This document shows, in pieces, positions 21,679-30,952 of a stretch of DNA of 32,367 nucleotides. The notes under the pieces were generated by a model, which had not been told where the DNA came from, searched no databases, and saw only the letters and a list, made by a program, of their open reading frames with translations. The stretch is from an uncultured Candidatus Saccharibacteria bacterium (GTDB lineage: Bacteria > Patescibacteriota > Minisyncoccia > Phycocordibacterales > UBA12079): the NCBI GenBank assembly GCA_964449555.1, contig CAYUZR010000002.1, positions 1 through 32,367 on the forward strand, read 5' to 3'. Position 1 is the first letter of the stretch. Each line of letters starts with the position of its first letter. The translations under genes were made by a program, and so were the position numbers.

Positions 21679-23509
21679 CGCGACTACTATACATGCGCGC
21701 GAAATATGTCCCCTTCTCTTTAAGAAGTTCATCCGGCGTACCGGATTCAACAACCCGACCATCTTCGAGTACATACAACATATCCATCTCACGGACTGTT
21801 GAGAGCTGATGTGCGATGACACACACGGTAACCTTTCCCTTCAGCTCTTGGATGGTACGCTGGATATGTTGCTCAGATTCTGTATCCAACGCACTTGTCG
21901 CCTCGTCGAGCAAGAGAAGCTGGGGCTTGCGCGCCAAAGCACGCGCGATGGCGATACGCTGACGCTGTCCTGCTGAAAGCATGACACCGCGCTCGCCCAC
22001 CTTTGTGTTAAACCCTTCTGGGAGCTTTTCGATCACATCGTAAATATGCGCCCTCTTTGCCGCTTTTACGACATCTTCGTCGGATACATTTTCATCGAAA
22101 AAGCGAATATTTTCGCGCACCGTGTCATTTATTAAAAAAATATCCTGCGATACATAAGCGATATTTTTACGCCATATATTGATATCAATATTACTCACAG
22201 GTACACCATCCAACACTAAAGCACCTTTGGTCGGCTCGAGAAGTCTCAAAACAATATCAAACAAAGTTGTTTTACCAGAACCTGAGGGACCAATGATCCC
22301 TACCATAGCACCGTATGGAATTGATAAATTAACACCATTCAAAACATCGCCACCTGTATCGTAGGAAAATCCAATATCCTTAAACGCAAGCTCACGCTCA
22401 AATTGAAACGGCTTTGAATACTTTTTCTCTTTTTTATGTCGAACTTCTCGGTGTTTCGACGCCTCCTCACCGTATCTCAATACATTAGATGCGTATGGAG
22501 CCGCATCATTCATATTAAAGAGAATGGTCTGCCCAGACTGTACAGACGCAAAAATACGCTGAACCAAATAAACAATGGCAGCAAGTGCACCAACACTGTA
22601 AGATGTTTCATAATACGCAAACGCAACCACGACCGCAACAAAAATGACGGTAATCGGCTGAATAAAAATTACGACCAATTTCCTCAGCATAAAAGTGCGT
22701 ATATGTAACGCGCGGAATATTGAAAAAAAACTAACACCGATATCAGTAATCTTATCTTCCAAACCCATCGCTTTTACAATCTTCACGCCACCAAGATATT
22801 CATTTACTAGATGCGCAATACGCTTATTCATCTCAGCGGTTTCGCGGGCAGCGACACGACCTTTAGAAAAAACCGGTTTAAACACCAAAAACATCAAGGC
22901 ACCGATTCCTAACGCAAGAAATGTAATTGTTTCTGATATGTTGAGTGCAACAAAAAGATAAATTGCGAGCCCGGAAGCAAACATAATCATTTTCACAAAC
23001 AAATCAAGTAATGCTGCGGTTTGTAGCACATTAATTTTTAAAAGTGTTTCCAGATTTCCCTGTCGCTGTTTTAGGAGATATGGCCAACTTGCATAAAGTG
23101 TTCGCTTAAAAAGACGGTTCATCAAGTCCTCTTGATATTTTGTCTTAAGATGTACCTGTATGTAGTAAAAGGCTAGCAACACCACTGCTTTCAAAGTAAA
23201 AAGTGTCACAATGAGGGCGAGGATCGCAGGTAAAGTAAGCTCAATTCCTGTAAATGAAAAAGTGTTTAAAATCGCCTGTGATATAAAATCGTCTCCGGAC
23301 TGCCCATTTCCGATGAACACAGAAAACAATGGGATAAGCGCACTAATACCAACTGCTTCAAGAATACCACTTAAAAATCCCAATACTAAAAATATAGCCA
23401 CATATCTCCGGTATCCGGCAATCAAGCGCAATATGAGTCTTGCAGCTCTCCCCACCTCACTAAATTTTAGACGTTGCATAGTTAACATATGTATATGTAT
23501 ATTATTCAC
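21674..23509 (-). CDS. ABC exporter, fused permease plus ATPase (MsbA/PglK-like type I exporter)
   Basis: Six-helix TMD, then GPSGSGKTT (Walker A), LSAGQRQRIAIARAL (signature), LLLLDEATSALD (Walker B), IAHQLST (H-loop). The start is uncertain: GTG at 23509, or ATG at 23488 or 23479. Confidence 0.92.
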   Translation of the reverse strand: MNNIHIHMLTMQRLKFSEVGRAARLILRLIAGYRRYVAIFLVLGFLSGILEAVGISALIPLFSVFIGNGQSGDDFISQAILNTFSFTGIELTLPAILALIVTLFTLKAVVLLAFYYIQVHLKTKYQEDLMNRLFKRTLYASWPYLLKQRQGNLETLLKINVLQTAALLDLFVKMIMFASGLAIYLFVALNISETITFLALGIGALMFLVFKPVFSKGRVAARETAEMNKRIAHLVNEYLGGVKIVKAMGLEDKITDIGVSFFSIFRALHIRTFMLRKLVVIFIQPITVIFVAVVVAFAYYETSYSVGALAAIVYLVQRIFASVQSGQTILFNMNDAAPYASNVLRYGEEASKHREVRHKKEKKYSKPFQFERELAFKDIGFSYDTGGDVLNGVNLSIPYGAMVGIIGPSGSGKTTLFDIVLRLLEPTKGALVLDGVPVSNIDINIWRKNIAYVSQDIFLINDTVRENIRFFDENVSDEDVVKAAKRAHIYDVIEKLPEGFNTKVGERGVMLSAGQRQRIAIARALARKPQLLLLDEATSALDTESEQHIQRTIQELKGKVTVCVIAHQLSTVREMDMLYVLEDGRVVESGTPDELLKEKGTYFARMYSSRD

Positions 23510-24323
23510 TCGGTAGAATCTTCAAGCTCCTAGTTATATGTTTATCCGAAGTATGGGCACCCAAAAAAAATTTAAGTGGTCGGATCAAACGCAAAAAATT
23601 ATCCTGCTTCCAGGCAGTATCGTAACTAATTGTATTGAGACGCGATGCGTCATGACGAACTCGACTCCCTCCCGCAATATGCGTCGACGAGGTCGCCGAA
23701 TTCCAGTCTGAAAACGGCGGGAGACCAAATCCTGACATAATCGCTTCGGAAATGCTCTCAGGTGCCGCGCAAAAATCTTTATAACAAAGAGTTGTGTATG
23801 GGATACCAATTTCACGAAGAGAGCGTGTAAAACGTCGTCGTTGCTGTGCCCAGCGCTTGAAGTTGAGCAGATCGCCGATTATCGGCGGGGCGACATCTGT
23901 TCTTCGCATTGAGTACGCCCACGCGCTCGGCTCTTTCATAAGGTACACCGCACGCACATCATACCCAGCAGCTAGAGCAACCTTAGACCCCACTTGAAAG
24001 CCCTCTATGGTTTTCGAAGCGTCTATGACAACACTATACTTCTTTAGCGCGGGAGAATGAAGTACATCATTATACCATCCTTCAAGATTATTAGCAGTAC
24101 GAGGAACCGATGACCAGAATGGACATCCACCGAGAGTTTGGCCACAAGTACACTCGCGCCCTTCTGTTGGGCGAAGTTCTTGACGAGGCATTTCACCTGC
24201 AACTTCGCCAAGCGCTACCGCCCCCGGATATCGCGAAAGGTATGCATTGAGCACAGTAGAGCCACTACGACCAAGGCCAATAATATACAAAAAAAGCTTT
24301 GGGTGTTTGTTTATTTTGTTCAT
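23502..24323 (-). CDS. sulfotransferase-family protein
   Basis: PAPS 5'-phosphosulfate-binding loop IIGLGRSGSTVL near the N-terminus. A later VYLMKEPSAWAYSMRR region sits where the 3'-phosphate-binding motif lies. This is the most GC-rich gene in the window. Confidence 0.7.
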   Translation of the reverse strand: MNKINKHPKLFLYIIGLGRSGSTVLNAYLSRYPGAVALGEVAGEMPRQELRPTEGRECTCGQTLGGCPFWSSVPRTANNLEGWYNDVLHSPALKKYSVVIDASKTIEGFQVGSKVALAAGYDVRAVYLMKEPSAWAYSMRRTDVAPPIIGDLLNFKRWAQQRRRFTRSLREIGIPYTTLCYKDFCAAPESISEAIMSGFGLPPFSDWNSATSSTHIAGGSRVRHDASRLNTISYDTAWKQDNFLRLIRPLKFFLGAHTSDKHITRSLKILPSE

Positions 24324-24341
24324 AATGTGATATTCATAGTA

Positions 24342-25514
24342 TCATTTTTTGTACTCTTTATTAAGTATCTTCTTATATATCTCGTATACCGCCTCATCGA
24401 ACGGCTGTTTATTTTCCATTGCACGACGGGCTTCTTTACTCATCATTTCTACCTTGTCGCGATGATCATAAAGATACTTAATCTTTTCCCCGAGCGACTT
24501 TGCATCACGGACAGGAACCACAAAACCGGTTTTGCCATCTTCGACGATACTCTGCGCATTCTCGGTAGTAACAATTGGTAAACCGCAAGCCATCGCTTCC
24601 ATAACCACCTTCGGATTTCCCTCTGCAAGTGAAGGCAAAGCAAACACTGATGCTTCTCTATAATGTTCTTCCGGTTGTGATGTGTTGCCGACCCATCGTA
24701 TACTCGAATTCTGAGCAATGCGCCTGATGTAACTCTGTTTAAGTTCCTCTGGCATTTCTCCATAACTACCAATAAGAACTAATTCCGCATTCTTTAGATT
24801 CAGTGATTCCCACGCGTCCAAAAGATAGTGCAGACCTTTGTGCAGTTTCGTATATGCGGCATATAGCACTCGAAATGGCTCTTCCTTGGAGCGCGGTTGC
24901 CTAGGTGGCGTAAATCGTTTTATATCAATATCCGTGTTAGCGACAAAAATCCGCTCTGCAGGATACCCCTGTGCAATATAAGAACGCTTCACAAAATCAG
25001 AAATAGCAATGACATAATCAAATTCATTGAGATGCCCACTTGTACGAGCATATTCGGCAAAGAAACCTTTGTATAGAGAGAAGCCAAGTAATCGTGATTC
25101 TTCTCTTTCTAAATCAGCACTGAATTGCATGTGCCCATTCCTTGTGATATCAACCGTAATGGAGCCGTTTTTTTGCGACTTTCGCAAAGTTCGCGGCAAA
25201 AAACGTCCGTCATGAAATAGAACTACATCGGTTTTTTGTAGCCGATATTGAGTGCAAAAATCAAAACGCTCTTCCCGCTGTCTTCGAGAGGGAAATGTAA
25301 GATTGAAAGCTTTCTCCACCCCCCTAAAGAAGTAATGAATAATGGTTGGTATGGCCTGTACGGTATTTTTAAAATAAAAATCCGTATTAGTCCTACAAAT
25401 AACCTGGGTCAATTCACCTGTTTTTGAAAAAACATTGATGACGGGCAAAATATTAGCTGTGGGATGACTTGTCTTCTTTCCCAAATCTGCGAATGTGATG
25501 ACGGAAATCGACAT
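24342..25514 (-). CDS. GT4-family glycosyltransferase (Glycos_transf_1), paralogue of 29795..30949
   Basis: LPSLAEGNPKVVMEAMACGLPIVTTENAQSIVEDGKTGFVV is the E-x7-E GT4 C-terminal motif. TGA stop. Confidence 0.88.
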   Translation of the reverse strand: MSISVITFADLGKKTSHPTANILPVINVFSKTGELTQVICRTNTDFYFKNTVQAIPTIIHYFFRGVEKAFNLTFPSRRQREERFDFCTQYRLQKTDVVLFHDGRFLPRTLRKSQKNGSITVDITRNGHMQFSADLEREESRLLGFSLYKGFFAEYARTSGHLNEFDYVIAISDFVKRSYIAQGYPAERIFVANTDIDIKRFTPPRQPRSKEEPFRVLYAAYTKLHKGLHYLLDAWESLNLKNAELVLIGSYGEMPEELKQSYIRRIAQNSSIRWVGNTSQPEEHYREASVFALPSLAEGNPKVVMEAMACGLPIVTTENAQSIVEDGKTGFVVPVRDAKSLGEKIKYLYDHRDKVEMMSKEARRAMENKQPFDEAVYEIYKKILNKEYKK

Positions 25515-25518
25515 ATAT

Positions 25519-27480
25519 TTATTTCTTTATAATAACCGCTATCGCATCTTTGCCTCGTATTGGATTAGTACTCTTCAAACTTTCAAAAAAGTGAATCTCT
25601 TTAATCTGCGTTTCAAGAATCTTTTTCTCTTCTGGGGTGGAAAGGGGAGATGACCATACACCGGTTGTCTTAAGATTTTTTAACAACTCAAGTGTTGTGG
25701 GTACATCTGAGCGTTCAAAACCCTCGGGCTGATATCGCAAATCTTCTATAAAGAAGAGTCCGCCTGAAGTAAGATGAGGAAACAAATAAGATAGAGTGAT
25801 CTGTTGATGTGGCGATGCATGAAGCGCGTCTTCTACCACAATATCAAGCTTTTTTTCTATATCTAATATTTTTTTAAGGTCATCGCGAGAACCCTGATCG
25901 CCTTGAACAATAAAAGATTTTTTATCTTTGGATTGTTTAAACGTACTAATATCAAATCCGATAATAGTAGCGTTCGGCAAATAATCACGCCACATGCGTA
26001 GCGATGGAGCCGTGGGATACAACTCTTCACTACTACCTCTACGATTACGATCCTGTTTTGAACTAATCTGAAATTTATCTCGCAATAATCCTATTTCACA
26101 TAATGTAAATTCTTCGGACCTTTTGTTTTTGAAAAAGTGGTCATAAACACGAATATAATTATGTTGACCTACACCTTTATCTGTTTTTACCTTATTTGCA
26201 AATCGCATTAAATCGTTAGCGCGATACAACTTCACCCAATAAGCACAATACTTCATAAAAGCAAGTGGATTCAACCCAATTTTAAATACTAAATCAAATA
26301 ACTTATATATTGAGTTCATATCATTTGTTGAATTTTTATGTAAATACTTTTTTTTGTATGCTTTTGCTATTAGCATCGAATATTTTTCAGCGGTTTTGCG
26401 AATGTCGAATTCTTCCGCTGTTTTTCTCGCGTTTTTGCTTATCTTTTCGTAGTCTGCATATACCATCTTTTCAAAACTTTCTACAACAGCATCTACAGAT
26501 GATTCCGGTATGAAAAAACCGTTTTCTCCGTCAACAAGCAATTCGTCTGTGCCAGCAGTTTTCGTCGAGACAAGCGGTAAACCTGACGCAAGTGCTTCAA
26601 GATAAGCAATACTCAACCCTTCAATATCAGACGTGGACACAAAAATATCGCTCATTTTATAGAACTTTTCGATATCACGACGTAGACCAAAGAGTATTAC
26701 CACACCATCAAGCCCCAATTCTCGAACACGCGCCTCAAGCTTTTTGCGCATTCCCCCCTCGCCTGCTACCGCCAACTTATATTCCGGATGCTTCTTATGA
26801 AAACGCGCAAAGCCCTCAAGCATAAGCATATGATTTTTCTTAGGCTTCAGCCCCGCCACGTTTAAGAGCACCTTGTCAGACGTCTTGAATCCAAGTTCCT
26901 GTTTAAGCGTATCTTTTGACGGTAAAGCCGCGATCGCGGATTGTATTTTTTCTATATCGACACCGTTTTTAATCACTACAAATTTATTTTTTGGTATGCG
27001 TTCCTGCTTGATAGTAAAGTCAGCGACCGTATTTGAAACAGCAATGATACGGTACGACAATCGCGCCAACCATCTATCAAGAGTTATTTTCGCCCACGTT
27101 TTATCAACATAAGTGTTGTGCTCAATAGGTATAACCACATAACCCATAAATAACTTGAGTATCCTCACGATGGTATTACTAAAGAAAAGATTGGGCATCA
27201 CAACATCTGGTTTAATAGACCGCAGCGTCTTATAAAACTCCACCCAACTTGAAATATCTTTGAAACCATGAAAGTTTAGTTTATACACCGGAAGCCACGA
27301 TGGCAATTCATCATACAGTACTACTTTACCTGGAATCTGAGAGAGTGTGATAAACGAAAGATCAATGGTATTTTTATCTAACAGAGGCATCAACTCTGTC
27401 AATTGTTTCTCCGCACCACCAACACAAAAGTTATCTATAACAATTGCGACTTTTATTTTTTGTGAATTAATTATTTTCAT
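25519..27480 (-). CDS. bifunctional fusion: GT4 glycosyltransferase (aa 1-387) plus SAM-dependent methyltransferase-like domain (aa 388-653)
   Basis: N-terminal part: VSTSDIEGLSIAYLEALASGLPLVSTKTAGTDELLVDGENGFF. C-terminal part begins at the internal ATG at 26319 (MNSIYKLF) and is colinear with the 30953..31732 product (APSLRMWR.YLP, GDQ.SR.DL, DDALHASPHQQITLS.LFPH..SGG.FFIEDLR). Confidence 0.85.
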   Translation of the reverse strand: MKIINSQKIKVAIVIDNFCVGGAEKQLTELMPLLDKNTIDLSFITLSQIPGKVVLYDELPSWLPVYKLNFHGFKDISSWVEFYKTLRSIKPDVVMPNLFFSNTIVRILKLFMGYVVIPIEHNTYVDKTWAKITLDRWLARLSYRIIAVSNTVADFTIKQERIPKNKFVVIKNGVDIEKIQSAIAALPSKDTLKQELGFKTSDKVLLNVAGLKPKKNHMLMLEGFARFHKKHPEYKLAVAGEGGMRKKLEARVRELGLDGVVILFGLRRDIEKFYKMSDIFVSTSDIEGLSIAYLEALASGLPLVSTKTAGTDELLVDGENGFFIPESSVDAVVESFEKMVYADYEKISKNARKTAEEFDIRKTAEKYSMLIAKAYKKKYLHKNSTNDMNSIYKLFDLVFKIGLNPLAFMKYCAYWVKLYRANDLMRFANKVKTDKGVGQHNYIRVYDHFFKNKRSEEFTLCEIGLLRDKFQISSKQDRNRRGSSEELYPTAPSLRMWRDYLPNATIIGFDISTFKQSKDKKSFIVQGDQGSRDDLKKILDIEKKLDIVVEDALHASPHQQITLSYLFPHLTSGGLFFIEDLRYQPEGFERSDVPTTLELLKNLKTTGVWSSPLSTPEEKKILETQIKEIHFFESLKSTNPIRGKDAIAVIIKK

Positions 27481-28094
27481 TTTTCTAGGAATACATAATA
27501 ACCACTTGTCTGTTTAGACTCTAACTTGCCTGACAATATATCAAGTATATTACCACATTTTTTAAAGACAGTGTATCTTCCAAGAGGCCTCAACTTAAAC
27601 CACGTGGCAATAGCCCGTCTTACTTTGATTATCTCACATTTAGCAAACGGCTTTGAGAGCCAACGCAATCCATCTTCGGTAAATCTCCAAAAGTCACCAT
27701 AATAACCTTTTTCTGCATGATAATAATATAGAAAAGGAACATATATGAAAGCGTAACCTCCCGGCCTCAGCACACGATATATTTCCTTATAGGCTTTAAT
27801 AGGGTTCTCCACGTGTTCTAATACAGCCATACAAATAATGGCGTCGATGGAATTATCATCAAACGGCATATTATGAACATCTCCAACTATATCCGGATGA
27901 TAAGTGTCTACCGGATCCATTATTTTATAATCAACCTTTTCAACATAAGACCTCAACCATTCTCTCGACGAATCGTATCTATTATTCTTATCCTTCATCA
28001 AGCGCAGTCCGCCTCCGATATCAATAACCTCTTTTTTTTCTTTAAAGATTCTAGTTACCCTCTCGTTAAAAAATTTTTGCCAAGGTGTATTCAT
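27477..28094 (-). CDS. class I SAM-dependent methyltransferase (Methyltransf_11-like)
   Basis: VIDIGGG, IDAIICMAVLEHVENP, LRPGGYAFIYVP. ATGA start/stop overlaps at both ends. Confidence 0.85.
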   Translation of the reverse strand: MNTPWQKFFNERVTRIFKEKKEVIDIGGGLRLMKDKNNRYDSSREWLRSYVEKVDYKIMDPVDTYHPDIVGDVHNMPFDDNSIDAIICMAVLEHVENPIKAYKEIYRVLRPGGYAFIYVPFLYYYHAEKGYYGDFWRFTEDGLRWLSKPFAKCEIIKVRRAIATWFKLRPLGRYTVFKKCGNILDILSGKLESKQTSGYYVFLEK

Positions 28095-29146
28095 ATAAAT
28101 GCAATTATATCATCTGCTCTTCTCTCCCAAGTAAATTCTCTTACTCGCTGGGTAGCCTTAGTGGCTTTGATTTGAGCCTCATCATACCTTTCTAACACTT
28201 CAGAAATCCTTTTGGTTACATCATTTGAATTATTCGGATCAAATAGGTATGCGGTAGATTCATCCAAAACCTCTCGTATTGACGGCAAATCTGTGGACAC
28301 TATTGGATTTCCACTCGCCATATATTCAAACATTTTAAGTGGCGACATATATTTGGTATAGTGTTTTGTGTTCGGATAATTCATCACAAGAATATCAACA
28401 GCTTTCATATAGACAGGCACCTCACAGGGTTTAGCTTTAGAGACTATTAAAAGTTCCACTTCTGGATGTCTTTTCTTAACATCACTAATCACTTTATCCA
28501 ATTCCCCAACTCCCTTCTCTTCTCCCATCGTCTTGAGTTTACCAACATACGCAATAATTTTTTTATTTAGGGGAAGATCGAGCCTCTTTCGCAGTTGTTC
28601 CTTTGAATTTTTTATACTTTCAAATACATTCAAATCCACCCCGCTCGGTGCGACCATTATTTTTTCTTTAGAAACGCCGAAAGATAGGTAATATTCTTTC
28701 AATCCGTTGCTAATAACCACAAGCTTATTCAATCTCTTAAGCAATCCCGCCACAACCCATTTCTTCTTCGCTGTATGTGATTCCCATACAATATTTTTTT
28801 TAAAAAAACTTAAGTAAGAAAGAGAGAGTTCATCCCGACCATAGATGATATCCACCTTCTTGAATAATACATAAAAAAAGGCAGACACCGCAAAAGAGAG
28901 TGCCTGAACCAAAAATCCAATTTTACCAAACCGAACAAAGTCCAATGTCGGCAACTTGGTGATTTTAAAGCACTCTTCCATTCCATAATGCTGAAAAGGA
29001 CTTTCCTTCGAGACATTGTACCTGCGGGGCACCACAAGCTCCACAACGTTACCGTGCAAGACAAAAGCCTCGCACATCTTCATCGTTGCAAGCCCGTGTG
29101 CTTTACCGGTTGGGATGCGAATATTGGCGAGATAATACATTTTCAT
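28091..29146 (-). CDS. GT4-family glycosyltransferase
   Basis: GT-B layout with KYMSPLKMFEYMASGNPIVSTDLPSIREVLDESTAYLF (E-x7-E-like). ATGA overlaps. Confidence 0.8.
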   Translation of the reverse strand: MKMYYLANIRIPTGKAHGLATMKMCEAFVLHGNVVELVVPRRYNVSKESPFQHYGMEECFKITKLPTLDFVRFGKIGFLVQALSFAVSAFFYVLFKKVDIIYGRDELSLSYLSFFKKNIVWESHTAKKKWVVAGLLKRLNKLVVISNGLKEYYLSFGVSKEKIMVAPSGVDLNVFESIKNSKEQLRKRLDLPLNKKIIAYVGKLKTMGEEKGVGELDKVISDVKKRHPEVELLIVSKAKPCEVPVYMKAVDILVMNYPNTKHYTKYMSPLKMFEYMASGNPIVSTDLPSIREVLDESTAYLFDPNNSNDVTKRISEVLERYDEAQIKATKATQRVREFTWERRADDIIAFI

Positions 29147-29808
29147 AATTGTTTTTTGATACGTTCATGCACTATAATAGCATTTTCTGTAAGTGATTTT
29201 GTGCCGTCTATCTTTATTGTTGAAATACCTTTTGTGGCAAGTGCCAAAAGAATATCCTGTTGAGTTTGCTGGGACCGACTCTGTGACTCCTGAAGTCCAC
29301 CTACTCTACGACCCGGCTCTCGCTTTTTCATTCTGGCGATAGACTCTTCTACCGGCGTGTCCACAAAAACTAATAATGACTCCTTAGGAAGTCTATTATA
29401 AATAAGATCTATTACAGCCGTCTTGCTAAGAATGTTTCTTATTGCAAGATTAGAAAGTCTTTGAATATATCCCGCATCCCATAATACTATAATGTTGTTT
29501 TGATGGGTAGTTTGATATTGAAGTTTTTGATGCTCATGTAGTCGTGTAATTAGTTTTTCAAGACTTGAACCTTTTGCGCGTGATAGTTTATATAGCAATA
29601 CAGCGATCGAAAAATCAAGATATTGCGGGCGTAACAACATCCAAAAAAGTTTATATTTCCAGGTTCTATTTTCTGGAAAAAAGTTTTCCCTTGTAGCACA
29701 AGGCAAATATTCTCTTTCAAACATTTTCCTCACTTCTTCTACCAGGGTAGTCTTTCCTGAGCCCGGTATACCTATAAATTCTATATACATAACATTAATG
29801 AGAGCCAT
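29143..29808 (-). CDS. P-loop NTPase, nucleoside/nucleotide-kinase-like small-molecule kinase candidate
   Basis: FIGIPGSGKTTLVEEV (Walker A), LWDAGY, LLVFVDTPVEESIARMKKR (dNK/TMPK-like layout). The alternative start ATG at 29790 (MYIEFIG) avoids overlap with the upstream gene. Confidence 0.6.
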   Translation of the reverse strand: MALINVMYIEFIGIPGSGKTTLVEEVRKMFEREYLPCATRENFFPENRTWKYKLFWMLLRPQYLDFSIAVLLYKLSRAKGSSLEKLITRLHEHQKLQYQTTHQNNIIVLWDAGYIQRLSNLAIRNILSKTAVIDLIYNRLPKESLLVFVDTPVEESIARMKKREPGRRVGGLQESQSRSQQTQQDILLALATKGISTIKIDGTKSLTENAIIVHERIKKQL

Positions 29809-30949
29809 TCTCGCGTCTTAAGATTTCTTGATAAATTTCGAACACCGCTTCTCCGAATGGTTTTTTATGCTCCACCACCTTACGCGCTTCTCTGCCCATA
29901 CGCTCTGCCACATCTCTATTGTCATACAAGTACCTGATTTTTTCTGCGAGAGCTTGAGCGTCTCGTATCGGTACTACAAAACCACTTTTTCCGTCTTCAG
30001 ATACACTTTGTGCGTTTGTGGTTGTAATAACAGGCAATCCATGTGCCATTGCCTCCATCACCACTTTCGGATTTCCCTCGGTAAGCGAAGGTAACACAAA
30101 CGCAGACGCCCTACGATAATACTTTGCTGGCATATCGGTACTTCCCTCCCACGTAATACTTGAGTCTTTCTCTATTATACTATCGCAATACTTTTTAAGT
30201 TTATCCGGAACATCTCCGCTGTATTTTCCTACCAATGTTAATTCAGCATTTGGTAATTTTAGTTTTCGCCACGCATCAAGAAGATATGGTAGACCCTTGC
30301 GCGCATTAGTATAAGAAAGGTAAAGCACTCTAAATTTATCCTCCTTGTGTATCTGCTCCGGTGCTGGCGGCAAATTAATATCAGTACACGCAACAAAAAC
30401 TCTTTCTGATGGAAATCCATACTTAATGTAAGAAGATTTAACAAAATCAGAAATGGCAATGATGTAATCAAACGATTTAACAAGGGTACTCATCTTTTCA
30501 AACGACTCTGTATTCAGGGAGCTTTCAAATTTTCGATGTTCTTCCGTGTGAATATCTTTATCAAACAAAGGGTGTGCAACAGTGGCAATACCAACAGCAA
30601 TACTCCCATTTCGTTTTGCTTTCTCTACAACACCCCCAAACCGAGATGGTGGATGAACGATAACAATGTCGGTTGGCTCAAGTCTCCACTTTACAAAGAG
30701 ATGCGACAACATACCATACAACCGCTCAAATGAAAGCCCTAAAATTTTTTCGAGCGCTCGCAGAGGGTATCTTACAAAAGAAGGAATCGCCGAGTATGTA
30801 TTCGGAAAATGAAAATCAGTATTGATCTGGCATATTACTTGCTTTAGCTCTCCCCTGCATGCAAGCTCTTCAATTACCGGAAGGATCCCCGGCGTTTTGA
30901 GATTAGTTTTTTTACCCAAATTAGCAACTGTAACAATTGAAACTGACAT
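29795..30949 (-). CDS. GT4-family glycosyltransferase, paralogue of 24342..25514
   Basis: LPSLTEGNPKVVMEAMAHGLPVITTTNAQSVSEDGKSGFVV. Colinear with the 24342..25514 product from MS.S..T.A.LGKKT onward. Confidence 0.88.
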   Translation of the reverse strand: MSVSIVTVANLGKKTNLKTPGILPVIEELACRGELKQVICQINTDFHFPNTYSAIPSFVRYPLRALEKILGLSFERLYGMLSHLFVKWRLEPTDIVIVHPPSRFGGVVEKAKRNGSIAVGIATVAHPLFDKDIHTEEHRKFESSLNTESFEKMSTLVKSFDYIIAISDFVKSSYIKYGFPSERVFVACTDINLPPAPEQIHKEDKFRVLYLSYTNARKGLPYLLDAWRKLKLPNAELTLVGKYSGDVPDKLKKYCDSIIEKDSSITWEGSTDMPAKYYRRASAFVLPSLTEGNPKVVMEAMAHGLPVITTTNAQSVSEDGKSGFVVPIRDAQALAEKIRYLYDNRDVAERMGREARKVVEHKKPFGEAVFEIYQEILRRENGSH

Positions 30950-30952
30950 GAA

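Noticed and set aside
24321-24344. Readthrough of the TGA at 24342-24344 fusing the GT4 to the sulfotransferase (the sulfotransferase ATG at 24321-24323 is in the same frame)
   Set aside because: Being in the same frame has a 1-in-3 chance. The 18-nt spacer is normal for this operon, and both proteins look complete on their own.
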